DNA of 64,000 nucleotides, from the IMG/VR virus record IMGVR_UViG_3300017917_000199, positions 20,962 through 84,961 of that record, one strand, 5' to 3'. Under the pieces are notes generated by a model that worked only from the letters and a program-made list of their open reading frames with translations, was not told the DNA's origin and searched no databases. This document shows, piece by piece, positions 47,249 to 56,297 of the stretch. The DNA is from a virus. Positions within the stretch are counted from its first letter, which is position 1; the number at the start of each line of letters is the position of its first letter. The position numbers were made by a program, and so were the translations under genes.

Positions 47249-48625
47249 TTGGCCGCCTTCTTCTATGATAATCAGGTACGCAGATTCTTAATACAGTTTG
47301 CAAAAATTTTTAGTAACTGGTATGTTACTAAGGGTAAAGATCCTAACGGCAACGATATATTAGTTCGCGTACCTGTAATGTATGGAGATTCTAGTAGACA
47401 AGCTAGCACTATTATTGCTAATAACAGTTCCAGTAATTTACCTTCAGCACCGTTGATTACGTTTTACATTAGTGGTTTAGAATATGACCAACGTAGAACA
47501 CAAGATCCTACGTTCGTTGATAGAATAAGTGTTCGACAACGTACATATAATAGTGAAACACAAACATATGAACAAGTTCAAGGTCAAGCATTTACAGTTG
47601 AAAGATTAATGCCTGTTCCCTATACGTTGCGTGTTACTGTAGATTTTTGGACAACAAACTACAATCAAAAATTAGAATTGATTGAACAATTGGGAACATT
47701 GTTTAACCCATCATTAGAAATTCAATCTACTGATAACTTTATTGATTGGACTTCGTTGAGTGTTGTATATCAGGATGGATTAACATTTAGTAGCAGAACC
47801 ATTCCCCAAGGTACAGGTAATCCAATTGACGTAATGAGTTGGAAGTTCTATATGCCTATATGGATTAGTAACGCTGCTAAACTCAAGAAGTTTGGTGTTA
47901 TTGAGAAAATCATTGCAAGTATCTTTAAAGGTAATGCACTAACTGATATTCAAGATGACGATTTATTGTTAGGTACTAGACAGAAAATTACACCTTATGG
48001 ATACAAAGTATTGTTGATAGGAAACAACCTACAATTACTACCAGCGAATGAAACTTTTAACCCTCCTAACACAGATTTGAATCTACCTCCTGCACCAAAC
48101 ACTAGCTTGTATTGGTCTAGTTTGTTGAACGTATACGGCACACTAAGACCCGGTATTAGCCAGATATGGTTACAGAATCCATACATGGATACAGAAATTG
48201 TAGGTACGATTGTTCCGAACCCAGTTGATGATAGATTGTTAATCTATAACATCGACCCTGACACATTACCACAAAATACATTAGCTCCAGTTGATAGCGT
48301 TATCAATCCCTTGATTACAGGTCCAAATGCAGGCTTACCAGGACCTGTCCCAAATAGAAGATATTTGATAGTAGAAAGTGTAGGTCATGATGGAGACACC
48401 ACTACATCATGGGGAGATTTAGTTGCAAACGCTAATGATATTATTCAGTACAATGCTGGGTTAGGTAAATGGGTAGTATCGTTTGATTCTCAGGCTGCAA
48501 CGTCTGTCCAATACGTTACGAACTTAACGACCAACGTCCAATATCGCTATATGAATACTGAAAATATATGGATGAAATCCGTGGAAGGTTGGTACGATCA
48601 GGGCGACTACAGTATTGTAATCTAA
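47249..48625 (+). CDS. Tail completion/sheath stabiliser (gp15-like), extended
   Basis: FFYDNQVRRFLIQF, VPVMYG, PVPYTL, QKLELIEQL..LFNP. Confidence 0.8.
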   Translation: MAAFFYDNQVRRFLIQFAKIFSNWYVTKGKDPNGNDILVRVPVMYGDSSRQASTIIANNSSSNLPSAPLITFYISGLEYDQRRTQDPTFVDRISVRQRTYNSETQTYEQVQGQAFTVERLMPVPYTLRVTVDFWTTNYNQKLELIEQLGTLFNPSLEIQSTDNFIDWTSLSVVYQDGLTFSSRTIPQGTGNPIDVMSWKFYMPIWISNAAKLKKFGVIEKIIASIFKGNALTDIQDDDLLLGTRQKITPYGYKVLLIGNNLQLLPANETFNPPNTDLNLPPAPNTSLYWSSLLNVYGTLRPGISQIWLQNPYMDTEIVGTIVPNPVDDRLLIYNIDPDTLPQNTLAPVDSVINPLITGPNAGLPGPVPNRRYLIVESVGHDGDTTTSWGDLVANANDIIQYNAGLGKWVVSFDSQAATSVQYVTNLTTNVQYRYMNTENIWMKSVEGWYDQGDYSIVI

Positions 48626-48643
48626 CAGATTTCGTGCTATCAT
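48615..48643 (+). promoter_or_regulatory. Sigma70 promoter, leaderless geometry
   Basis: TTGTAA-17-(TG)TATCAT-5 nt-ATG. Confidence 0.6.
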
Positions 48644-48648
48644 TTAGT

Positions 48649-49065
48649 ATGAACAACGTTGCTGCCGGTGTTTTCTTTTACAGTAAGAATACTAACCGTT
48701 TTTTATATCTTCTACGAACGGATACTAAAAATCCGGGCACGTGGGGTATACCCGGTGGAAAGTTAGAAGAAAACGAAACACTGCTTGAAGGTGTTATGCG
48801 TGAATGCACAGAGGAAATAGGTGGCTTTCCTGAAAATACAAAATTAGTTCCTATTCAAAAATTCAAAAATCATAGTTTTGTATACCATACTTTTTTCTGT
48901 GCAGTTGAAGATGAATTTACTCCAAAACTCAATGAAGAACATTGCGGGTATGCTTGGGTAGGAGATCATCAATACCCCAAGCCATTGCATCCTGGATTGT
49001 TTAGCACAGTCAACATTGATGTTGTACAAGAAAAATTACAAGCACTAATGAATAAGGGGACCTAA
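48649..49065 (+). CDS. NUDIX hydrolase
   Basis: WGIPGGKLEENETLLEGVMRECTEEIG Nudix box. Confidence 0.9.
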   Translation: MNNVAAGVFFYSKNTNRFLYLLRTDTKNPGTWGIPGGKLEENETLLEGVMRECTEEIGGFPENTKLVPIQKFKNHSFVYHTFFCAVEDEFTPKLNEEHCGYAWVGDHQYPKPLHPGLFSTVNIDVVQEKLQALMNKGT

Positions 49066-49078
49066 GTCCCCTATTTTT
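49054..49078. terminator. Terminator between convergent genes
   Basis: AGGGGAC-CTAA-GTCCCCT-ATTTTT. Confidence 0.7.
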
Positions 49079-49391
49079 ATTTTAGAAATTTTGCTAGTGT
49101 TTCGAATCCTAACGATCCTATAACTACACCTGCTCCCATCATCATCCATCGCCATTTTTCTAAAGCAGATATCTTAGCGTCCAATGCTTTGTGTGCTGTC
49201 GCAGCGGCATCTGACATTCCCTTTAGTAGTTGGTGAGTGTCTTCAGTCTTTTTATTCATAGACTCAGAGAGAATTTTTATGTTCTCTTTGATCTCAGACA
49301 CATCCTGTTCAATATTCTCAACCTTGACTTCAAGTATTGCTATGTCAGTCTCGGTTTTTTGATTAAGTTTTATTGTTCTGGTATTAGACAT
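49077..49391 (-). CDS. Coiled-coil protein with C-terminal TM helix
   Basis: Heptad region followed by WRWMMMGAGVVIGSLG. Confidence 0.55.
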   Translation of the reverse strand: MSNTRTIKLNQKTETDIAILEVKVENIEQDVSEIKENIKILSESMNKKTEDTHQLLKGMSDAAATAHKALDAKISALEKWRWMMMGAGVVIGSLGFETLAKFLK

Positions 49392-49393
49392 GA

Positions 49394-50659
49394 TTAAGCG
49401 TTGTTAATAGTTACGATTGGGTTAGGTTGTCCGGATACGTTAGATACTTGACCATCGATTGGGTTTGTACCTGGATACGTATTAGCTGCATAAGCTGTAC
49501 CAAATGTTGCAATGATATCTGGGTTAGCATTTGCATCATTTGTATTATAGAACACTTGTGATTGATAATCATTCAATGACTGGATATATACAGTAGCTGA
49601 ATTTGCATATGTACCAATGATGTTCATTGTGTTAGGTGTTAGTGCAGTATTAGCAACATTAGCTGTATAACATTGTGCTGTTAATCCTGTAGTAGAACCT
49701 GTAGCCAAGTATTTTGTTTTGCCCTTTTGACGAACAATATAGCCTGGCTCATTATCAGCAAATATGTAATTTGCATTAGTAAAAGTTATCGGAGGTTCTG
49801 TATCTAAAACTACTACATCAATTGTAGCATTAGCTGCGGTGGTTCCAGTAGTTAACGCTCTTGTTGGTCCGTATTGTGTATTAGATACCGTAAAGGCTGC
49901 TGCGTTAGCAATAGTTTTAACAAAGTATGTTACACCTGCTACTAGACCACCTGTGTTCGCGTCGAATGTCACTGGCGCACCAACAAACAATGTTTGTGCG
50001 TTGCCAGAAGTACCAATAACATTTCCTGTAGCACTTGTGTTAGCAACAGCAACTGTAATATAACCTGTAACAGTATCAACAAATCCAACATCAACATAAT
50101 CTGTGCTGCCATTGATATTAGCTACAGCTACTTGTAGTGCTGAGCCAACTGATAACGTATTAGAGAAGTCAGTACCCTGACCGTAAACATTTAAGTTACC
50201 AGGATCACCGTACATTGTACCTACACCCACTTGACCAATAGCAACTTGACATAGTGTTTGTGAACCATAAAATGCTGTATTGCCACCAACTACACCGTAG
50301 CTTGTGCTGTTTGTTGCTGTGTTAGAACCATCAGGGTTACTAAATCCACTGTCAACTAATCCAACGGTAGCTGCTACTGTTGTACTTGTTGTAGTAGAAA
50401 GATTTACTGGGGTAAATGTTGGGTTAGCGTTTAATGGAGTAGCTGAAACAGTAAATGTGCTTGCTCCGGTTATTTTTAATATCCAATATGTTGTTCCACC
50501 TGTTAATCCACCTGTAGTTGTTGCTGGTACAACTGACATACCTGCAATAATACCTAATGTTGATAATGTCTGTGATACGGTTACTTCTTCTGTTGTTCCA
50601 TTAGTACCTGTGATTGTTAAGACTGCCTGAGCCTTAGATATTTTTAGAGGGCGTCCCAT
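49394..50659 (-). CDS. Virion structural protein (paralog A)
   Basis: MGRPLKISK and IVRQKGKTKYL; Thr/Asn-rich. Confidence 0.6.
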   Translation of the reverse strand: MGRPLKISKAQAVLTITGTNGTTEEVTVSQTLSTLGIIAGMSVVPATTTGGLTGGTTYWILKITGASTFTVSATPLNANPTFTPVNLSTTTSTTVAATVGLVDSGFSNPDGSNTATNSTSYGVVGGNTAFYGSQTLCQVAIGQVGVGTMYGDPGNLNVYGQGTDFSNTLSVGSALQVAVANINGSTDYVDVGFVDTVTGYITVAVANTSATGNVIGTSGNAQTLFVGAPVTFDANTGGLVAGVTYFVKTIANAAAFTVSNTQYGPTRALTTGTTAANATIDVVVLDTEPPITFTNANYIFADNEPGYIVRQKGKTKYLATGSTTGLTAQCYTANVANTALTPNTMNIIGTYANSATVYIQSLNDYQSQVFYNTNDANANPDIIATFGTAYAANTYPGTNPIDGQVSNVSGQPNPIVTINNA

Positions 50660-50679
50660 TTGTTTCTCCTTATTGATAT

Positions 50680-50734
50680 GTGGGTTCTATTCCACTACGC
50701 GGCGGGGACCGCATAAACTCCCATCATTAGGAGC
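50680..50734 (-). ncRNA. Candidate structured 5'-leader RNA, copy 1
   Basis: Three hairpins; covaries with 52413-52466; lies between the late promoter (50743-50749) and the SD. Confidence 0.65.
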
Positions 50735-50748
50735 ATATGATATATTTA

Positions 50749-51429
50749 TCAACGAAGGTCAAAAAGCAGTATCTCAGAGTTATCAGGATTTGTTATTTCT
50801 ACTATGTTTTCGTTTTCAATAGCAAAACCACCTAACGTAGGGCTTTCTATACCGTTAATAGTAGCAGTTCCTGATATAATATACATATAATATCTGCGAT
50901 TACTATTCAAATGTAACGTATGATTCTTTGTAAAGATGCCTGCAAACACTTTAGCATCACTATTGATGTATATAGGACCATTCTCGCTAGCAATAGGACA
51001 GAACTTGTCTAGTTTATCTTCTCTAGTGAACTGCATCACATCATATTGAGGAGCAAAGTTATGTTTGTTAGGACGTAACCATATCTGTAGATAACGAATA
51101 GGCTTATCTGATAGATTGCCTTCAGTGTGCCATATGCCAGTTCCACTGCTCATGCGCTGTACACACCCACTAGGTACTTCCCCGTAGTTGTGTAAATTGT
51201 CATTGTGATAGCAAGGACCATCGATAATGTATCCTAAAATTTCCATATCACAATGTTGATGAATGGGCACACAGTTTCTGGGCTGAACTCTATCATCGTT
51301 GATAACTTCTAAATCGCTGAAATGGATATAGTTAGGGTCATAGTAACTATTGTTACTAAAAGTACGATATGTTTCAATCCAGTCTTCTTTGAGATGGCCT
51401 AATGTATCAGGATGTCTAAATTTAATCAT
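50749..51429 (-). CDS. Pirin family protein (YhhW-like)
   Basis: FSDLEVINDDRV, HQHCDMEI, QRMSSGTGIWHTE, LQIW. Confidence 0.9.
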   Translation of the reverse strand: MIKFRHPDTLGHLKEDWIETYRTFSNNSYYDPNYIHFSDLEVINDDRVQPRNCVPIHQHCDMEILGYIIDGPCYHNDNLHNYGEVPSGCVQRMSSGTGIWHTEGNLSDKPIRYLQIWLRPNKHNFAPQYDVMQFTREDKLDKFCPIASENGPIYINSDAKVFAGIFTKNHTLHLNSNRRYYMYIISGTATINGIESPTLGGFAIENENIVEITNPDNSEILLFDLR

Positions 51430-51443
51430 GCAGATATTTAATG

Positions 51444-51467
51444 GAAAAGCGGCATAAGCCGCTTTTT
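51444..51467. terminator. Rho-independent terminator
   Basis: AAAAGCGGC-ATAA-GCCGCTTTTT. Confidence 0.8.
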
Positions 51468-51497
51468 CTTTTGAGTGTTATTTGATTTAACTCAATA

Positions 51498-52391
51498 TTA
51501 ACACCAGTTCTCTGTGCCAGCTAGAGTATAAACTAAATCATTTGTAGCTGCTGGGTCAGGGATAGTATTACCACCGTCGTTAAAGAATGTAGCTGAGTAT
51601 GTTACACCTTCATTGCAATTGTCATATGGTGTTTCAAAGTTTGTACTGAATTTGTTCTTCAAGCGACTTGCATAGTATGTGTCACCATCATCATAAATTG
51701 CAACACTCATTGTGTTAGGCTCTGTCGGGCTGTTTAAGTTTACTAACAAACATGTAGCAACTGGCCATACATAACCGTTTGTTGTAAGACCTGTACCGTC
51801 TTTAGTTGCTGTAAAGATATCATATTGTCCAGCAGTTGCGTCAGCACCTAATGCTACCCAATCAGTATCACCAACGTCAGCAATCATGTATGCTTGACCA
51901 GCAGCAATGGATTCATCTTGAATGTTATTATTAGTACTAGCAACTAAGAATTTTCTAGAACCTTTTTGACGTACAATAGATGCATTGCTTGTAGCAGTGT
52001 AATACCATGCGCTGTCAGTAACATCTACAGCAGAAGGGTCACCTAATTCTACTTCACCGTCATCTGTTATGCTATCGATAATACCAAGTGAAGTATATCC
52101 GCCTGCACCATCATCTACCCAAATCTGTGAGCTACCGGTGTTAATTCCGTCTGTAGTAAAGTGAGTTCCTGTTCCAGTAACAGTAGTGCTGCTAGTAGTA
52201 GCAGTAATAGTTCCCAAACCTTTTACTAATACCGCTGCATCACAACGGATCATATCGCTATCTTCGTAGATACCGCCTACGATACCGGGTTGATTATCAT
52301 CATAACCATTGTTTGTACTACCATCGTTAGGGAAACCCTGATCTACAACTTGGCCCCCTTGATATTTTCTAATCTTTAATGCATTTCCCAT
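51498..52391 (-). CDS. Virion structural protein (paralog B)
   Basis: MGNALKIRK and IVRQKGSRKFL, shared with paralog A. Confidence 0.6.
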   Translation of the reverse strand: MGNALKIRKYQGGQVVDQGFPNDGSTNNGYDDNQPGIVGGIYEDSDMIRCDAAVLVKGLGTITATTSSTTVTGTGTHFTTDGINTGSSQIWVDDGAGGYTSLGIIDSITDDGEVELGDPSAVDVTDSAWYYTATSNASIVRQKGSRKFLVASTNNNIQDESIAAGQAYMIADVGDTDWVALGADATAGQYDIFTATKDGTGLTTNGYVWPVATCLLVNLNSPTEPNTMSVAIYDDGDTYYASRLKNKFSTNFETPYDNCNEGVTYSATFFNDGGNTIPDPAATNDLVYTLAGTENWC

Positions 52392-52412
52392 TTGTTTTTC
52401 CTTTAAATGTTT

Positions 52413-52466
52413 GCGGGTTCTAGCCGCTACGCAGTGGGTTACTGCATAAATTCTCCCTATGAGAAT
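52413..52466 (-). ncRNA. Candidate structured 5'-leader RNA, copy 2
   Basis: Same architecture as copy 1 with compensatory changes; late promoter at 52476-52482. Confidence 0.65.
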
Positions 52467-52492
52467 GTTATAAAGTATTTATCTATATTCGC

Positions 52493-52768
52493 TTAATTAT
52501 TGGTAGGTGCACCTAAGCTAGTAACACTAAATGCTCCTGCAGTACCGGCTACATTAATAAATGCAATATAATTTCCTTGCCCTACTATAAAGTTGTTGTC
52601 AACTGTATTAGCAGGTATGATTTCACATGCTGTTAAGTTTGCAGTAACATTAGCATCACCCACTGCTATTGCTATTGCTGAAGTTGTTGTAGCAATACGA
52701 ACTTTATCTGTCGTTGCTACGGCTGTTAACTGACTAGTTGCGTTTGCTGTATAAATTGCTGATGCCAT
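52493..52768 (-). CDS. Small virion-type protein
   Basis: 91 aa, Ala/Thr-rich; SD AAGGA. Confidence 0.55.
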   Translation of the reverse strand: MASAIYTANATSQLTAVATTDKVRIATTTSAIAIAVGDANVTANLTACEIIPANTVDNNFIVGQGNYIAFINVAGTAGAFSVTSLGAPTNN

Positions 52769-52782
52769 TTTATTATTCCTTT

Positions 52783-54888
52783 TTATAATCTACCTACGGC
52801 AATTTCAATTATGCCTTCGGTTCCCTCAAAGTTTTGTATTGCTTTTCCGATAATCATACCTGGTTGAGCATTATTCCATGGTCTAGCAAATCCATTGCCT
52901 GCCGAAACCATTAAATCACCTTTATGTATTTTTCCGCGAACTTTTACTGGTACACGTCCTTGTAACGCTAACGCTACAGCGATTCCAGGACATCCAGTGT
53001 TCATTACGTATGCTGGATTTGTTGTAATTACACCAGCAACTCTTGTTGTGCCATCTTGTGCTAGTGTAACTTCCTTTTCGCCACCAAACTCAACTACTGT
53101 ACCCGGTTCGTACTCTTGGTCAGCTTCATAGTATTCTGCCAAGTCAGCATACGTTGCTTGCAATCTAGAACCAGTAGACAATGACCAATTACCAGTTATA
53201 GTTCCTACATTAGTATTGGCACCAGTTGTCAACGTCATGTTATTACCGCTTACTATTGCTGCATTTGAAAGATTAATATTTCCAGCAGAAATGTTACCTG
53301 TGTATGTAGGAAGATATGATGCAACATTACTATTAGAATAACTACCGGCAAAACTGATAGGTGTGCCATTCGCGTAGTAGTAATTGTCTGTTTTAATACC
53401 TAAGACAGATGCGTTACCTGAAGCACTAATGACACCACCGGTTGATAAATTGCCACCTGTAATGTTTCCTGTTGCAGTAATTAAACCAGCAGTTCCAATG
53501 TTACCAATGTTTGCGTTGCCCGAAACGCTTATTGTACCGTTAATGTTTGTGCCTGTGCCAGTAACAATAAAAATATTTGCATTGCCTGCACTGCTAATGT
53601 TTACATTACCGTTCACTGCAGGTATACTTACGTTAGTAGTTCCGTTAGCAAATATACCCATGATATTGGCTGCTGTTAAATTACCTGATACTGATAAAGA
53701 CGTTAAGGTGCCAACACTAGTGATATTTGGTTGTGCTGCTGTTGTTACTGTTCCCGCTGTTGTTGCGGCACCACTAAGCGTACCGACAAACGTAGTAGCA
53801 GAGATAGATCCATTGGCTAGGTTAGCAGTATATGATGCATTTCCTGCTTGTTGAACGTTGCCTGTAATTGCATTTACAAATGACAGGTAATAATTACCAG
53901 TAGATTCTGTAGTAATCGCAGTATAATCAGCAACATTGGAATATGAAACATTTAAATTAGAAACACGAGTGGTAGATGTAACTGTTATCGGTTCAGTTCC
54001 AGTAGCTACGTTACTTATAAATCTTGGTGCTGTTGCTGTACCGGACAAATTAACATTACCTGTAGTTATGTTACCGTTGATAGTAAGAAGTTTTGTACCA
54101 GTATTATTAAATGTAAAGTCTGCATCTCCTGCAATTAAACCGCTTGAGTTAAACTGAACTGTTGTATTTGCACCACCGGCGACAGTTCCACCTGAACCAG
54201 ACAAACTACTGGTTGCGATTCCGTTTGGAGAATTAGTATATGTTAAGCCTGTACCTACAGCCGCAGTCGATAAACTAAAATCAGTATATAACTCTACGTT
54301 ACCTGATGTAGGATAATCATTTGCTAACTTTACATAAAAATCATTACTGTTTACAATAGAGTTTGATGTACCTTCAACACCGCTAATTGTAATTTTTGAG
54401 GCATTTGTGTACGGAGTACTAGTAGCCACTGTCATTATAATAGGGGTAGCATTAGACAAGGCTATAATGTTAGCGTATATTGTACCTTTAGGAGTCCATG
54501 AAAGATTGCCTAGACTATCGGTTTCTAATATATAACCAATTGCACCGCCGCCTATTTTTACATTACCAACGTCACCTAAATCAATTAACCCGCCTACATT
54601 TCCACCCTTATTGGTAACAAAAGTATTAGGACCTACTACTTCAAGTCCTAGAATTTGTCCGTTAGCTGTATTAGCAAGGTTAAGTTCGGTGTTACCTGAA
54701 CCATTAATTTGACTAAAACTAATATCAGAATAAGAGGTTAAAACTTCAATGTTTTCATTGGGTGTGGTTTTACCGATGAATAGTCTTTTAGCGTCGGAAG
54801 CCCAACCAAACTCACCTTCATCCAATTGAGGTAAATCAACTAGGTTACCGGATCTTTGTTGGAGTTTAGAGATTTGTATTATAGCCAT
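52783..54888 (-). CDS. Tail fibre protein (Mtd-N-like N-terminus, intramolecular chaperone-like C-terminus)
   Basis: IQISKLQQRSG..LPQLDEGEFGW..D..RLFIG; YADLAEYY...YEPGTVV...GRVPVKV...IIGKA. Confidence 0.7.
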   Translation of the reverse strand: MAIIQISKLQQRSGNLVDLPQLDEGEFGWASDAKRLFIGKTTPNENIEVLTSYSDISFSQINGSGNTELNLANTANGQILGLEVVGPNTFVTNKGGNVGGLIDLGDVGNVKIGGGAIGYILETDSLGNLSWTPKGTIYANIIALSNATPIIMTVATSTPYTNASKITISGVEGTSNSIVNSNDFYVKLANDYPTSGNVELYTDFSLSTAAVGTGLTYTNSPNGIATSSLSGSGGTVAGGANTTVQFNSSGLIAGDADFTFNNTGTKLLTINGNITTGNVNLSGTATAPRFISNVATGTEPITVTSTTRVSNLNVSYSNVADYTAITTESTGNYYLSFVNAITGNVQQAGNASYTANLANGSISATTFVGTLSGAATTAGTVTTAAQPNITSVGTLTSLSVSGNLTAANIMGIFANGTTNVSIPAVNGNVNISSAGNANIFIVTGTGTNINGTISVSGNANIGNIGTAGLITATGNITGGNLSTGGVISASGNASVLGIKTDNYYYANGTPISFAGSYSNSNVASYLPTYTGNISAGNINLSNAAIVSGNNMTLTTGANTNVGTITGNWSLSTGSRLQATYADLAEYYEADQEYEPGTVVEFGGEKEVTLAQDGTTRVAGVITTNPAYVMNTGCPGIAVALALQGRVPVKVRGKIHKGDLMVSAGNGFARPWNNAQPGMIIGKAIQNFEGTEGIIEIAVGRL

Positions 54889-54942
54889 AAATGTAATTCT
54901 TCACGATATTACATTTATTTATCTAAAATGTGCCCTAATACA

Positions 54943-55629
54943 TCATAGAAATTTCATATAGAATTGCTCTACACGTTTGAACCACTCGTTAGTCCAATGG
55001 TCGAATTCAGTGCCCTCAATGATAAATTCTTGGTAGATATTGTCTGCTGTACACATGAAAATAACACCCTTACGAATGTCTGTTCCGTGTACTTCATTGT
55101 GTGCGTTAGCATAGGCTGCTAACTGTATAAAGTAATCAGAAATCCACTCTTTTTTCTTTAGCTTGTTAGCTTGTTTGTGATCCATGATAGCAGGGCTACC
55201 ATCGTGAACACCAACCAGATCAGTTGTTCCGGCATATACTTTAGGAAAATAGAGAGGAACTTCTGTTCCCCAATACTCATTACATTTACTGAGTCCTTGA
55301 TAGATGATAGACTGTGCCATTTTATGGCTTTGCTGGCTATATGGATTGCTTCCGGGGACACCTAATACTCCTGTTTTAATGTAATCTTCGATCCACTTGT
55401 GCATACGAGTACCACGACCCGCTGCCTCAGTAGTAATTGCTTGTGCTTGCTTGTGACCTACACGATTACGCCACTCTTGTAATGCTTTCTTTGCCTCTTC
55501 AGGCTTCGTTGCTTCTAAGATAGTTGTAACGCTAGGAAGTTTTTCACCGTCGGGTGTAGCATATCTACGACCCTCAGGTGTGTCAATGCGCTTTACTGGC
55601 TCGTATTTGTATTTGGTTGGATTGTACAT
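54943..55629 (-). CDS. PD-(D/E)XK exonuclease
   Basis: LPSVTTIL, RGTRMH, E..L, AGTTD, DHK, QLAAYA. Confidence 0.85.
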   Translation of the reverse strand: MYNPTKYKYEPVKRIDTPEGRRYATPDGEKLPSVTTILEATKPEEAKKALQEWRNRVGHKQAQAITTEAAGRGTRMHKWIEDYIKTGVLGVPGSNPYSQQSHKMAQSIIYQGLSKCNEYWGTEVPLYFPKVYAGTTDLVGVHDGSPAIMDHKQANKLKKKEWISDYFIQLAAYANAHNEVHGTDIRKGVIFMCTADNIYQEFIIEGTEFDHWTNEWFKRVEQFYMKFL

Positions 55630-55635
55630 TCATGT

Positions 55636-55664
55636 ATTATACTACTCTGAAACTCTCTCCGCAA
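55636..55664 (-). promoter_or_regulatory. Sigma70 promoter, leaderless geometry (inside iscA 3' end)
   Basis: TTGCGG-17-TATAAT-6 nt-ATG. Confidence 0.65.
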
Positions 55665-55960
55665 CCACAACGGTCACGTTCGTTCGGGTTTTTAAACTCA
55701 AACCCTTCATTAAGTCCGTTTCTTACATAGTCTATTGTCATGCCCTTAACATATGGGCAGCTTTTTGGATCAACATACAATGAGCACCCATTACAGTCAA
55801 TTGCAATATCTTCTGGATTGGGGGTGTCAACATATTCAAGGACATAGGCTAAACCAGAACAGCCTGTCGTTTTGACTCCTATTCTGATTCCTAATCCTTT
55901 GCCCCTCTTTGCGAGAGTTTGTTGTACTTTTTTGCTTGCTACTTCTGTGATTGATATCAT
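55637..55960 (-). CDS. iscA: Fe-S cluster assembly A-type carrier IscA
   Basis: GVKTTGCSGLAY and NPNERDRCGCGESF. Confidence 0.95.
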   Translation of the reverse strand: MISITEVASKKVQQTLAKRGKGLGIRIGVKTTGCSGLAYVLEYVDTPNPEDIAIDCNGCSLYVDPKSCPYVKGMTIDYVRNGLNEGFEFKNPNERDRCGCGESFRVV

Positions 55961-55962
55961 AC

Positions 55963-56292
55963 TTACTTCATAGCTTTTTTAGCCATTTGGTCAACTACTT
56001 TATCACTTTCTGAACGGTCGGCATCAACATCTAATTCGCTGCCTTGACCTTTAAAAATAACATCATCACCTTTAATGTTAGCAATAACTTGATTTAAAGG
56101 TGGATTCTTAATCATATCATATAGATCGGATTTAGCAACAATAATATCATTCTTTCTAAAGAATGTTAATAAGTCATCAACTTTCCAATCTTTTGGTTGC
56201 TGGCCCTGTTCTACTTCACCTTTAAGTTGGTTAGATACTGCAACCAACTTAACTCGTAATGGATCAGGGCCTGCAAACTCGTACAATAGCAT
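55963..56292 (-). CDS. Hypothetical protein
   Basis: 109 aa; N-terminus MLLYE. Confidence 0.55.
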   Translation of the reverse strand: MLLYEFAGPDPLRVKLVAVSNQLKGEVEQGQQPKDWKVDDLLTFFRKNDIIVAKSDLYDMIKNPPLNQVIANIKGDDVIFKGQGSELDVDADRSESDKVVDQMAKKAMK

Positions 56293-56297
56293 TTTGA

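Noticed and set aside
52783-54888. Diversity-generating retroelement target (Mtd-like N-terminus)
   Set aside because: No reverse transcriptase or TR/VR repeat pair in the window, and the C-terminus is not a C-type lectin variable region.
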